In this document: positions 29,063 to 38,485 of the stretch, in pieces
How positions within the stretch are numbered: position 1 is the stretch's first letter
Layout: each line of letters opens with the position of its first letter
Source of the DNA: a virus
Taxonomy: Duplodnaviria; Caudoviricetes
Virus record (IMG/VR): IMGVR_UViG_3300037518_000374
Coordinates: 1 to 63,021 of that record
DNA length: 63,021 bases
Direction: 5' to 3' (one strand)
Position numbers and translations under genes: made by a program
Notes under the pieces: model-generated
Databases searched by the model: none
What the model saw: the letters and a program-made list of their open reading frames with translations, nothing else
What the model was told of the DNA's origin: nothing

Positions 29063-29737
29063 TCATGACCCTGGTTTCTGAATCGCCCATACGTTTGCCT
29101 CCTGTATCGCCCCAACGCGCTCGCGGCCCACGAACTCCATGACCGCTTTCCAGACCGCCGGAACCTGTCGGTCGTGACCGCACATTACGCCCATCGGCAT
29201 AACCTTCGGCCACCACGCCGCAATGTCCTGCATCACGGCATCGTACGTGTGGTCGGCGTCGATGAAACACATCGCAATCTGGCCATCCGCAAACCGTTTC
29301 GCCGCCTCGACCGAATGCTCCTCGATCAGATTAATGTGCTCCCACAGGCGAAGCGCCCGGCAATTCGCCTCGAATGCCGAACGAACAAGGTGTCCGTGGT
29401 TGACCGAATATAATTCGTTAATCATGTCATCGGGGTCATCGCTTCCGGAAAACGTATCGACCGCAAAATACGAACATCCACGATCCAGAGCTTTCGCGGC
29501 GATCGCAGTCGTGGTGCGGCCTAGCGCAACCCCGACCTCCACCACGTGACCGGTCGGCACCGACTTGACATACCGCCCGAGGGCAAACAAATCGTCTTCC
29601 GTAATCCATCCCGGCACAAACGAACCGGCCCCCAGGAACGTTTCAGAGAAGTGCTTTGTCGCCAGACGGCGCAGTTGCCTGACCAGTGCGTCGTCATCTC
29701 GCAACCTCTTTGCCTGCCTTGTTTTCTGTCCTGTCAT
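29063..29737 (-). CDS. class I SAM methyltransferase (Methyltransf_24-like)
   Basis: VVEVGVALGRTT, AVDTF, FIDADH, GVMCGHD. Confidence 0.8.
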   Translation of the reverse strand: MTGQKTRQAKRLRDDDALVRQLRRLATKHFSETFLGAGSFVPGWITEDDLFALGRYVKSVPTGHVVEVGVALGRTTTAIAAKALDRGCSYFAVDTFSGSDDPDDMINELYSVNHGHLVRSAFEANCRALRLWEHINLIEEHSVEAAKRFADGQIAMCFIDADHTYDAVMQDIAAWWPKVMPMGVMCGHDRQVPAVWKAVMEFVGRERVGAIQEANVWAIQKPGS

Positions 29738-30306
29738 TTCTGAATCGCCCACACGTTTGCCTGCCGGAACATTCCGACCTTTTCGTTCTTGACAAACTCC
29801 AGCACCGCGCGCCACACCGCTTCGTTGTCCGCGTCGTGACCGCACATTACGCCCATCGGCATAACCTTTGGCCACCACGCCACCATGTCCTGCATCACGG
29901 CATCGTATCGGTGGTCGGCGTCGATGAAACACATCGCCAGGCTTCCGTCCCGAAACTCGCGGGCCGCCTCGACCGAAGGCTTCTCTATCAGTCGGATGTG
30001 ATTCCATATACCGAGCGACCGGCAATTCAGCTCGAACGCCTGCCTGATCAACGCGCCCCGCCCCGCGCCATAGGCGGCGTTTATGTAGTCGTCCACGTCG
30101 CCCGCCCCGCTGAACGTATCGACCGCGCAGTAGGTCATGCCCCGCTTCAGGGCGGGCGCCACCATGCCGGCCGTGCTTCGGCCCAGCGCGACCCCAATCT
30201 CCACGACCGGCCCCACCGGCACAACGTCGATCAGAATCCCCCGCAGTGCGTAGAGGTCCAGGTCCGACATCCAGCCCGGGACCGGAGAGCCCGTATCGGT
30301 CGTCAT
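29734..30306 (-). CDS. class I SAM methyltransferase (Methyltransf_24-like), paralog
   Basis: VVEIGVALGRST, AVDTF, FIDADH, GVMCGHD. Confidence 0.8.
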   Translation of the reverse strand: MTTDTGSPVPGWMSDLDLYALRGILIDVVPVGPVVEIGVALGRSTAGMVAPALKRGMTYCAVDTFSGAGDVDDYINAAYGAGRGALIRQAFELNCRSLGIWNHIRLIEKPSVEAAREFRDGSLAMCFIDADHRYDAVMQDMVAWWPKVMPMGVMCGHDADNEAVWRAVLEFVKNEKVGMFRQANVWAIQK

Positions 30307-31307
30307 GGCATCACCAACTTCAGATCGGGTTCCTGATCGGCATCCAGGCCGTCATCCTGCCCACATGCCAGATCGATCGCCTTGTCCAGTATTGCGTTGA
30401 CCGCGTGTTCGTAACAGTACCGATCCAGTACGATTTCGCGGATCGCCCGGCCGCGTTCGGCACATTCGTCCGGCTTGCTCAGCAGGTCGCACAAGAGGTC
30501 GATACACGGGTCTGGCGTGTCGATCTCGTGCTGCAGATCGTCGCCTGCGTTGAGGCAATCCTGCGGGATGTCGAACTGGGGTATCAGGTCGCCGAACATG
30601 TCCTCCAGGCCGTTATCGGTGATGCGGCTGCTCACGACACACGCGCCGCACGCCGCCCCCTCCAGAATCCGCATCGGGATGTCGTTCCCGACGCCGCAAT
30701 GCCAGACAATCTGGCTCTGGCTGTAGAGTTGGGCCATCGGGCTGTGCCACACGCCACCCCGGATCACGATCTGGCCCGCCAGCGGCGCCTGGCTCAGTTT
30801 CGGCACCTTGCTGGCGATCCGGCGCGCCAGTCTGGTGCGGGGTCCGAACAGGTTGTTGTCTGACAATGTAATACAGCTCGCGATCCCGACCTTTCGTTCC
30901 TGCGGCTCGGGCCGGAACCATGCCCGGTGCGGAAGCCACGCATCGCCGAACCCGCCGAACGGCTTCGTGGCGTCTCGCTGGGCACAGAACGTCCAGTCCG
31001 CCCCAGCCGCAATCTCGGCCCGCCCCACCCCATCCTGAACGTGCGAGTCGCTGCAATAGTAGATCAGCGGGCGGTACTCCGGCGGCGTGTCGTACATCAG
31101 GCTGTCGTCTATCCTGAGATACACGTCGCAGTCGGGCGGTCGCCACATGCACTCGGGAAACGGCCCGATCGGAAGGCAGCAGTCCTGAACCTCGATCGGG
31201 GGCTCATGCGTGTCGATCAGCTCTTGTCCGAACCTGCGCAGCGTCCAGACGTGGTAGTTCGCCCACGTGTCGGCCCGGCGAGAGATGTGGATCAGTCCGA
31301 TTCGCAC
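30303..31307 (-). CDS. GT-B glycosyltransferase (CgeB-like)
   Basis: NDIPMRILEGAACGACVVS, FCAQR, WLPH motifs; AAGGAG RBS before GTG. Confidence 0.7.
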   Translation of the reverse strand: MRIGLIHISRRADTWANYHVWTLRRFGQELIDTHEPPIEVQDCCLPIGPFPECMWRPPDCDVYLRIDDSLMYDTPPEYRPLIYYCSDSHVQDGVGRAEIAAGADWTFCAQRDATKPFGGFGDAWLPHRAWFRPEPQERKVGIASCITLSDNNLFGPRTRLARRIASKVPKLSQAPLAGQIVIRGGVWHSPMAQLYSQSQIVWHCGVGNDIPMRILEGAACGACVVSSRITDNGLEDMFGDLIPQFDIPQDCLNAGDDLQHEIDTPDPCIDLLCDLLSKPDECAERGRAIREIVLDRYCYEHAVNAILDKAIDLACGQDDGLDADQEPDLKLVMP

Positions 31308-31834
31308 GGCAGCTCCTTTGGGGTCACGGCGCCGATCCTGGTCTGTGCGGCCTCGACCTCGGCGCGGGCATCCGATCCGTCCGCGGTGGACCACCACAGA
31401 AAACTCAGTGCGGTCACGCATTCCGCCGCCGGCAGCGCTTCGGCCTCCGGGATGGCTCGCACGGCCGCCGATTCGACGGCATCGTAGATGTCCGTGCCAC
31501 GCATGGGGATGGGCCACAGGTCGCTCAACACGGGCGCACGTTCCCGGACCGGCAGCCGTTCGGTGTCAGAGATCGCCCGCACAAGCGCGGCCTCGACCTC
31601 CGGGCGATGGCGTGGGAGATCCAGGGTAGCGTTCCACAAATGGCGCAGCGGGTCCGGGCGTGACTGAACCGGAAGTTTCTCGATGTCCGACAGTGCCCGC
31701 ACGATGGCGTCGTTATGAGCCGCGATGTTTGTCCTGGTTCCGCAGCAGACCCATCGCGGCGTATTAAGCTCCTCGGCGCGTTCTTCGATCGGCAGCGCCT
31801 CGATATTCGCGATCCATTCCTCGAATTTGCTCAT
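31292..31834 (-). CDS. helical repeat protein
   Basis: Three to four ~37-aa repeats (AxVRAxSDxExLPV). Confidence 0.55.
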   Translation of the reverse strand: MSKFEEWIANIEALPIEERAEELNTPRWVCCGTRTNIAAHNDAIVRALSDIEKLPVQSRPDPLRHLWNATLDLPRHRPEVEAALVRAISDTERLPVRERAPVLSDLWPIPMRGTDIYDAVESAAVRAIPEAEALPAAECVTALSFLWWSTADGSDARAEVEAAQTRIGAVTPKELPCESD

Positions 31835-32760
31835 GACGCCGCCTTTCGCACCAGCCCTATTTCGGCCAGGAGATGGTCGCCCCACTTCTCGCGCAGCTTC
31901 TGGACATTTCGAGCCAGCATATCCTGAAAGCCCATGTCCTTGAACGCCTGTGAGCCTACGTGATGAACATACACGTCTCGCGCAATGACGAGATCATACT
32001 GCGCCAGCCTCAGCCGGACGCTGATGTCGAGGTCCTCGCTGTTGCCGGGCTCGAATCGCTCGTCCCAGAGATACGCGCCCTGCGACTCCGCGGCTGTCGG
32101 CTTCAGCCGGCCCGACTTCACCAGCTCGATTTCCTTCGGTCCCCATGTGGGCGGCACCACCCGCCGCAGCGCCTCTTTGCGATACAGGCAGGCGAACGAG
32201 ATCAGGTAGTCCGCCCTCCACGGACCCGTCATGGCCGCCCCGCCCTCGTTGGCCGTCGAGGCCTCCTTCGTGTAGGTGCGGGGCGTCTGGGCGATATTCT
32301 GCTGACCCAGAACGTAGTCCGTCGTGGCGCCGGCCGCCCCGACCGCCGGGTTGTCCATGTGGTGCAGCCAGCGATTCAGCCACTCCCGATCGCCCGACGG
32401 GATCTCGGTATCGTTGTCCAGCACCAGGACGAACTCGCCGGGGTCCAGCATCGCAAGCTGAAGGCCCAGGTTGGTGGCCCGGACCGCGCCCATGTTCTCG
32501 CGCGTAACAACGCTCATGAACCAATCAACATATTCTTGTTCGGGACATCCGGGCGTGTTGCGCCATTGAGACCTCAAGCTTGCGATCCGATGGATTTTGT
32601 ACGCGCCAGCCTGATCCACCAAAATAATCCGGAACGAATCATCAGCGGTGTTTTTCTTGATCGACGTGAGGCAGTTCTCCGTCAACTCCGGGTTCCCGTG
32701 TGCCCGAACGATGATGGTGGTCTTGAACTCGCGCCTTCCGTACTGGTTGTTGTCGCCCAT
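31831..32760 (-). CDS. family 2 glycosyltransferase
   Basis: IILVDQ, ATNLGL, VLVLDNDT, WDERF..EDLD, VHHVGS motifs. Confidence 0.85.
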   Translation of the reverse strand: MGDNNQYGRREFKTTIIVRAHGNPELTENCLTSIKKNTADDSFRIILVDQAGAYKIHRIASLRSQWRNTPGCPEQEYVDWFMSVVTRENMGAVRATNLGLQLAMLDPGEFVLVLDNDTEIPSGDREWLNRWLHHMDNPAVGAAGATTDYVLGQQNIAQTPRTYTKEASTANEGGAAMTGPWRADYLISFACLYRKEALRRVVPPTWGPKEIELVKSGRLKPTAAESQGAYLWDERFEPGNSEDLDISVRLRLAQYDLVIARDVYVHHVGSQAFKDMGFQDMLARNVQKLREKWGDHLLAEIGLVRKAAS

Positions 32761-32831
32761 TAACCCTGTTCCTTTATTCGTTTCGTGTATCCTTCACCAT
32801 CGGTGACGGTGGTGCCGGGACCCCCACCTTG

Positions 32832-33383
32832 TCACATCTCCATCTTCCAGCCCGTCTCGTCCGACACGTTCTCTTCGAGCGGTCCGTCCAGTGCGTTCTT
32901 CTTGTCCCGGTCAACGTCGTATGGCCGGATCGCACAATACTGGCCGATTCCGTTGCCCGGCCTCACCTGCGGGTAGTAGGTCGGGACGTGCTCGTCGTAC
33001 ACCTCGTCGGTCGTGACCTTCAGCACCACCGTCCCGTCCTCGTCCAGCACCCGCACCACGTCCGCGCCCCTGACCTCTCCGTAGCCCGGCCCCTCGCCGA
33101 GCCGGTAGTGGACTCGCTGTCCGACGTAGGGTCCTGGCCCGAATCCGAGCGGCATGATGGCGCTGCTGAGGGCGTTTAGCTTCTGGTCGTGTCGCCTGAC
33201 CCGATCCTCGATCGTGCCCATCACGTCCTCGTTCTGGAGCTTGTGCAAACTTCTGGACTCATTCTGCTCGGTTCCGGTCGAGGTTTCGGTCGCCATATCG
33301 TGTTCCTCCTCTATTTCCCGATTTATGGTCCGAACAATGCCCGCCGGCTTCGGCGGCTCGGGCCTTGCCCTTTTTCTGCTCAT
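32832..33383 (-). CDS. hypothetical protein
   Basis: ATGA-coupled to TerL; PYVGQRVHY motif common in phage proteins. Confidence 0.6.
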   Translation of the reverse strand: MSRKRARPEPPKPAGIVRTINREIEEEHDMATETSTGTEQNESRSLHKLQNEDVMGTIEDRVRRHDQKLNALSSAIMPLGFGPGPYVGQRVHYRLGEGPGYGEVRGADVVRVLDEDGTVVLKVTTDEVYDEHVPTYYPQVRPGNGIGQYCAIRPYDVDRDKKNALDGPLEENVSDETGWKMEM

Positions 33384-35140
33384 CGCATCCTGCTCCGTGG
33401 CCGGCGGTATGTGCCGCGGCGCGGCTTGTTGGCCAGTTGGTCCTGCACCCGGCCCTCGATCGAGCGCCTGACACGCGACTCCTCGAGCGTCATCCCCACC
33501 CCGCGCGGAACCTTCTGGTTCCGTATATCGAGCCACCGGCGGGCGGCCGGGTCGATCGCCCGCGCGCGGAACATCGCGTGGGTCCCGACGATCAGGACGT
33601 TTACGCGATGAATCCCCTCCTCGATCTCGTGGCGAAGGCGGTCACGATGCCCGCCCGGGGTCGTGTGGGGCAGGACCGGCTCCTCCAGGTGGGTACCCAT
33701 CATCATAATCAGATCGGTCCGGCTCCGGTCCGCGACCGTCCCGACAAACTGATCGTTGCCGCTCAGCGTTATGATCTGTTCCGCAAGTTGCGGAATGCCC
33801 AGCCCCTGCTCCGCACTGCGGGGGATGTAGAGTTCGCGATAGATGTGCAGATGGGCCTGAATGTTGAACGTGACGATCAAATAGCGCAATGCGTCGCAGG
33901 CGTGATTGTCCTTATCGAGGATCATCTCGCTGTTCTCTCGTCTTCGGTAGCTCAGCATTTCGCGCACGAGGTTCCGGCACGACGGATCGACCGTCAGGCC
34001 CGGCCCGTCGCCCGGAATGATGCAGCCGAACAGCGTCACGAACGGGTCAACCCCGCCCCAGTCGATCGCGCGGTAGCACTTCCATGCACTGTTGATTTCG
34101 GGCGTGGCCGACACGCTTTCCGGCCCGGCCAGCCATACGCCGTTCGGGCCGTATCGGCCGACATGGCGGGTCTCGGTGAATCGGGGATAGACCCGCCCCT
34201 CGGCGTGACTGAACGCCTCTTCCGGTGTTCGCGGATATTGCCGGACCATGTAGAGCTGGTCGGCTTCGTGTTCCGCCGCCTCCTGCTCGTACCACGCCTC
34301 GTCACGCTTCGGATGGGCGCTCCAGGGCCAGAACAGATTCCGATACGGGTCCTTTCCGCGCCCCTTCTGGGCCGCGCGCCAGCCCTCGAAGAAGTAGCCC
34401 GTCGGACCCTCGGAGGTCGCGATCTGAGTCACGAACCCGCTTGCGGTCTCGACCGCCGGCTCGACCGAGCGAAGCAGCACCTTCAACAGTCCGGGCCGTT
34501 CGCGCTCGATCTTCGTCCCCTCGTCAACAATGATCCAGTCGGCCGCAATCGAATCCGCCGCCGCCGGCGTGGCGGGAAAGATGCGTATCCACGAGCCCCA
34601 TGAATCCGGCCCCCACTGCATCAGGTCCCGGTTGTCCTTCTGGAGCCGGCCCTGCAGGAACCACGGAAGGCGACGCCAGATGAACTTGCAACGCGAAATG
34701 AAATCAACCGAAAACTCCGTCTTGTGAACGATGTACCCAACCGTACGCATCTCGTGAAGCGAGCAGAGCCAGACCGCGAACAACGCCAGACACCACGTAA
34801 TGCCGATCCGGCGAGCCTTCAGAGCCCGAATCCACTCCCGGACAAGAAGCCAATAGCCAAGATCGACCTGGCAATCGTACGGACTGAACCGAATCGCGCC
34901 GTGGCTCTCTTTGTCCTCGATGTGACCCCAGCGACAGGCCCACCACCAGAAGTCCGCACCGCACCTGCTGACCTCCCGCACCACCGGAACCGAACCCAAT
35001 CCCTCCGGGGCCGAAAGCAACTCGTCCCGCCCATCATCACACCAGAGCTGATGACGGCTGACCTCCGGGCCGAACAGCCCAATCCAATGCGAAACATCGG
35101 GCGTGCAGCACCGAAGCTCGTCAGACATCGTGATCTTCAA
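33380..35140 (-). CDS. terL: terminase large subunit
   Basis: LKARRIGIT (Walker A), WIIVDE (Walker B), AIDWGG and DNHACDALRY nuclease motifs. Confidence 0.85.
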   Translation of the reverse strand: MKITMSDELRCCTPDVSHWIGLFGPEVSRHQLWCDDGRDELLSAPEGLGSVPVVREVSRCGADFWWWACRWGHIEDKESHGAIRFSPYDCQVDLGYWLLVREWIRALKARRIGITWCLALFAVWLCSLHEMRTVGYIVHKTEFSVDFISRCKFIWRRLPWFLQGRLQKDNRDLMQWGPDSWGSWIRIFPATPAAADSIAADWIIVDEGTKIERERPGLLKVLLRSVEPAVETASGFVTQIATSEGPTGYFFEGWRAAQKGRGKDPYRNLFWPWSAHPKRDEAWYEQEAAEHEADQLYMVRQYPRTPEEAFSHAEGRVYPRFTETRHVGRYGPNGVWLAGPESVSATPEINSAWKCYRAIDWGGVDPFVTLFGCIIPGDGPGLTVDPSCRNLVREMLSYRRRENSEMILDKDNHACDALRYLIVTFNIQAHLHIYRELYIPRSAEQGLGIPQLAEQIITLSGNDQFVGTVADRSRTDLIMMMGTHLEEPVLPHTTPGGHRDRLRHEIEEGIHRVNVLIVGTHAMFRARAIDPAARRWLDIRNQKVPRGVGMTLEESRVRRSIEGRVQDQLANKPRRGTYRRPRSRMR

Positions 35141-35508
35141 AACAACAACCCCCCATACACGTGCCGCAGGCCGTCAAGCAGGTCGCGCCCCAACTCCGTC
35201 AAGGCGTAAATCCGACGACGCCACTCGTCCGGAAAGTCCCCAACATCGCCATCCAGACTCGATGCCACATAGCCATCACGCTCCAGCTCGGTCAGCAAGC
35301 TGTAGACCGTCTCGCGAGCCAGAACACAACCCAACTCCCGACGCAACCACCGACGAGCCAGATAGCCGTAGTCCGCACCAGACCTAACGGCCAACAACAA
35401 CAGCAGCCGCTGATCAAACTGGCTCGCCTTACGGGACGAAACCAGATGCGCCGCTGTGGCCATCAACGCAACCGCAAAGCCGGACCCAGAAACACGAACG
35501 TCAGGCAT
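35137..35508 (-). CDS. PadR-like winged-helix regulator
   Basis: DYGY, TVYSLLTELERDGYV, RRRIYALTELG motifs; start uncertain. Confidence 0.7.
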   Translation of the reverse strand: MPDVRVSGSGFAVALMATAAHLVSSRKASQFDQRLLLLLAVRSGADYGYLARRWLRRELGCVLARETVYSLLTELERDGYVASSLDGDVGDFPDEWRRRIYALTELGRDLLDGLRHVYGGLLF

Positions 35509-35782
35509 CAACATCCCCCACCGGTGGCCAGGACGGGAAATCTCGCGGTTTGGACCAGGCTGGGGGCGACAAAAAAAGACAATCCACCACCACGCATGAG
35601 GTCGTGAACGGACCACCAGAACAAGACACGTCCCCAACCCGCTCCAGAACGATGGAATTGATCCGATCGTCAGCCTGCTCCCGACCACTCCTGCTCCACC
35701 GGCCCGCCAGAGGAGTCGAGGCCAGAACGGACCCAGCCAAAGCCCCCATAACCCGACCAATAAACCCGCGACGTGTAGTCAT
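35501..35782 (-). CDS. small protein with twin-arginine-like motif
   Basis: MTTRRGFIG followed by a hydrophobic stretch. Confidence 0.45.
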   Translation of the reverse strand: MTTRRGFIGRVMGALAGSVLASTPLAGRWSRSGREQADDRINSIVLERVGDVSCSGGPFTTSCVVVDCLFLSPPAWSKPRDFPSWPPVGDVDA

Positions 35783-35887
35783 GGAACGCTCCCTATCAAA
35801 CCAACACCATACCACCAGTAGTGACGATAGTCCAGAATATACACCAGAAGAAACCGAACCGCTATTTTTGATAGCGCCAGATCGGTT

Positions 35888-35994
35888 ATGTTAAAATGGG
35901 TAAGATGGAGGATGTTAAGATAGGTAAAAAGTGTCCCATAATGGGGGACATTTCTTACCTATCTTAACATTTCACAGATACCCCATCTTAACAT
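35888..35994. repeat. AT-rich palindromic iteron-like element, copy 1
   Basis: 59-bp core 35912-35970 (ATGTTAAGATAGGTAA...TTACCTATCTTAACAT) with two flanking degenerate units. Confidence 0.8.
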
Positions 35995-35999
35995 CCGGA

Positions 36000-36050
36000 C
36001 GGGACTCCTAAACCAAAACGGGACTCCGGGACAGAAACGACCGGGACTCC
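36000..36050 (+). repeat. three CGGGACTCC direct repeats, possible pac/terminus signal
   Basis: Copies at 36000, 36019 and 36042, just beyond the terS stop and near a C-tract. Confidence 0.55.
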
Positions 36051-36157
36051 GAAACGAAAACAGCCAACGTGAGCGAACGGGAGGGTAATGTTACCTGAAT
36101 AGGAAGGGCAGGCCAAAGCGACAGGGTGGTTATCGGACCACTGCCCCCCCCCTACCC

Positions 36158-36583
36158 CTACCCCGTATCGCCCTGCCCCACGATTGCCCGGATATCTTCC
36201 AGCGTGGTGCCGGGCTGGCTGAGCAGCTGCCGCACGTACACGAGGAGCTGTACGGCCTCGTTGCGTCTCGCGTCGGCCTCCAGCGTGCCCTGCCGCACCA
36301 CCTCGCGGACGCAGGCCGAGAGGTCGAAGGACGGCACGGCCGCGGCCGCCCGTGCCCCCTTCGGCGTCAGGTTGGCCACGACGCGGGCGTACTGGCCCGG
36401 GTCATCGGAGTACAGCCGGTCGAGGGCCTGCTGGTAGCGCTGCCGTCCGGCGTCGGTGTCGATCCAGCCGGCGTGATCCGCCGCCTGCTTGACCACCGAA
36501 TCATAGTCGGTCTTGGCCAAGCGCTTCTGTCCGCTACCGGGCGGGCGCTCCAGGAATCGGCCGTGATCGTCTCGCTTGACCAT
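36158..36583 (-). CDS. terminase small subunit (putative)
   Basis: RDDHGRFLERPPG N-terminal motif; first gene of the late operon. Confidence 0.55.
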   Translation of the reverse strand: MVKRDDHGRFLERPPGSGQKRLAKTDYDSVVKQAADHAGWIDTDAGRQRYQQALDRLYSDDPGQYARVVANLTPKGARAAAAVPSFDLSACVREVVRQGTLEADARRNEAVQLLVYVRQLLSQPGTTLEDIRAIVGQGDTG

Positions 36584-36791
36584 ATCGCGCCTCAAAGCAG
36601 ATACGGACCGGTCGGACTGTGTAGGCTGACGATCCTGTATTACAACGTACTACATGCCCCACACCGGGGCAAGAGCGGCCGCGGGCCTATAGCGGAAAGT
36701 CCCTGCGTCCCCTCTCTTTCGCCCCTATGTGCCCTGGTCCTTGGTCTTCTGTCGCTCCGCCCCTACGGGGCGGTTTTGGTTGTGTCCGCCC

Positions 36792-37028
36792 CTACGGGAT
36801 GGCTTCCTCGTCCCGTGCTCTGTATCTCTGTTTGTCTGTCTGATCGAGTTGTGGTGGGCGCTCCAGCCGCTCGCGGATAGCCTGGCGGATCCACGCTCCG
36901 ACTCGGCCTGGCCGGCCGGCGGCTGCGCGTATTCGTCCGAGCAGCGATTCCCCGACCGCGACCCGTATCTGGATATCGAGCGGCTCGTCTTCGAGCATGA
37001 ATCCCGGTTTTCGTCCTCGCTTGGCCAC
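36792..37028 (-). CDS. ribbon-helix-helix DNA-binding protein (leaderless)
   Basis: IQIRVAV beta strand plus two helices (WIRQAIRERL). Confidence 0.6.
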   Translation of the reverse strand: MAKRGRKPGFMLEDEPLDIQIRVAVGESLLGRIRAAAGRPGRVGAWIRQAIRERLERPPQLDQTDKQRYRARDEEAIP

Positions 37029-37034
37029 GCCCTC

Positions 37035-37105
37035 ATTATACGCTCGTTATTTTTTTTGTCTACCATGTCTTTTCGCTTGCATTCATCCGATTCGTGTGGT
37101 ATAGT
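37035..37105. promoter_or_regulatory. divergent sigma70-like promoters
   Basis: Plus strand: TTGCAT (37077), N17, TATAGT (37100) with extended TG. Minus strand: TAGACA (37062), N16, TATAAT (37040). Confidence 0.7.
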
Positions 37106-37162
37106 TAAATCGTCGGTCATGGTGGCCGGCAGGTTGCGGCGAAAGCCGCGGGAGGAATCGCG

Positions 37163-37414
37163 ATGATGACCGAGACCGAGATTGACAGGATCGTCGATGA
37201 GCTGCAGGCCAGCATCTACCGCGACGCAAGCATCTACCGCGGCCACGCCACAACCGCGGCCGCGGCCGCGTGCCTAGATCAGCCGCCACAGGTGGTCCGC
37301 GGCCTGATGGCGCGCGTCCGGCTCGACACACACCTAGGCCCCATGTACACAGACGAGCTGGCCGGAGAGATCCTCCGACTTGGTCGCGAGCGCGACCGCG
37401 ACGCTGGCCGCTGA
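37163..37414 (+). CDS. early hypothetical protein
   Basis: GGAGGA RBS preceded by a hairpin. Confidence 0.6.
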   Translation: MMTETEIDRIVDELQASIYRDASIYRGHATTAAAAACLDQPPQVVRGLMARVRLDTHLGPMYTDELAGEILRLGRERDRDAGR

Positions 37415-37496
37415 CCTCGCCGGCGATGGCACCTCACAAGGTGCCTCAGCCGATGCGGTCATGGTGGCCCATCAGGCGCCCTACGGGGCTGGAGGA

Positions 37497-37772
37497 ATGA
37501 CGATTATGACGCGCGAACAATTGCAGACGGCGCTGGCGCTGGCCACAAGCCGGCGCGGGCTGAATCTGGACGATCTGGCCCTATTCGACAGATTCGGGCT
37601 GCCTGATTTCAAGCCGGTCACGTGCACGGTCTCGGCGCTGGCCATGCTGGTCCGGTGGCAATGCATCTGCTTCAACGGGTCGATCGACCCCGACGCGCTG
37701 GACGAAATCGCGAGCATCGGCCGGCATCGTTTCTTGGTACTGGGCGACGAAGCCGGAAAGGCGGCGACGTGA
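37497..37772 (+). CDS. early hypothetical protein
   Basis: GGAGGA RBS, MTIMTREQ start. Confidence 0.6.
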   Translation: MTIMTREQLQTALALATSRRGLNLDDLALFDRFGLPDFKPVTCTVSALAMLVRWQCICFNGSIDPDALDEIASIGRHRFLVLGDEAGKAAT

Positions 37773-38407
37773 TGCTGGCCGAGAAATACAGGCCGCGGAC
37801 GTTCGCGGATGTCATCGGGCAGGACAAGGTAATCCAGGCGGTTCGCTGGTATCTGGACCAGCCTACGGAGTCGGGCAAGGCGTTTCTCTTCACCGGTCCG
37901 AGTGGTTCGGGCAAGACCACGCTGGCGGAATGCGCGGCCCGGCATTGGGGCATCGTGGACTATGACATGCACCGGATCGAATCGGCCGAGTGCAGCGTCG
38001 ATGCGCTCCGGCAAGTCGCGTCCGACATGATGCTTTGCGGCTGGGGGCCGACCGGCCGCAAGCTGTACGTCATCGACGAGATTCACACCGTCACGGGCCG
38101 CGCGGCCGATCGGCTGCTGTCCCTGCTCGAAACCCTGCCGTCGCACGTGCTGGTCGTCGGAACCACAACGGAAAGCGATTGGACGGACGGCATCCTGCTG
38201 TCGCGCTGGGTCCGGTTCGAGCTGGCCAAGGTCCGATCGACGGACGTGGCGGCGCACCTGGCCGACATCGCCCAGCGCGAGGGGCTGCCGATCCCGCCCG
38301 ATCCCAAGTGGGCCGACAAGCTCGTAAAGTACTTTGGGCTGAACATGCGCGACCACCTGAACCAGCTCCCCGCCCGGCTGTTCGGCGGCGCGACGGTAGC
38401 GGCATGA
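37772..38407 (+). CDS. clamp-loader-type AAA+ ATPase (DnaX/RFC-like, truncated)
   Basis: LAEKYRPRTFADVIGQ, GPSGSGKTT, YVIDEIH, LLSR. Confidence 0.85.
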   Translation: MLAEKYRPRTFADVIGQDKVIQAVRWYLDQPTESGKAFLFTGPSGSGKTTLAECAARHWGIVDYDMHRIESAECSVDALRQVASDMMLCGWGPTGRKLYVIDEIHTVTGRAADRLLSLLETLPSHVLVVGTTTESDWTDGILLSRWVRFELAKVRSTDVAAHLADIAQREGLPIPPDPKWADKLVKYFGLNMRDHLNQLPARLFGGATVAA

Positions 38408-38485
38408 ATCGCACGGAGCCCGCGTAGGGCTCCGACTCGGGCGGCCGGAGCGCAGGCCGCAGGCGCCGCGGGAGCGGCGGGAGGA

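Noticed and set aside
29063-30306. Diversity-generating retroelement TR/VR pair
   Set aside because: No reverse transcriptase recognised, both copies are coding, and differences are not adenine-specific.
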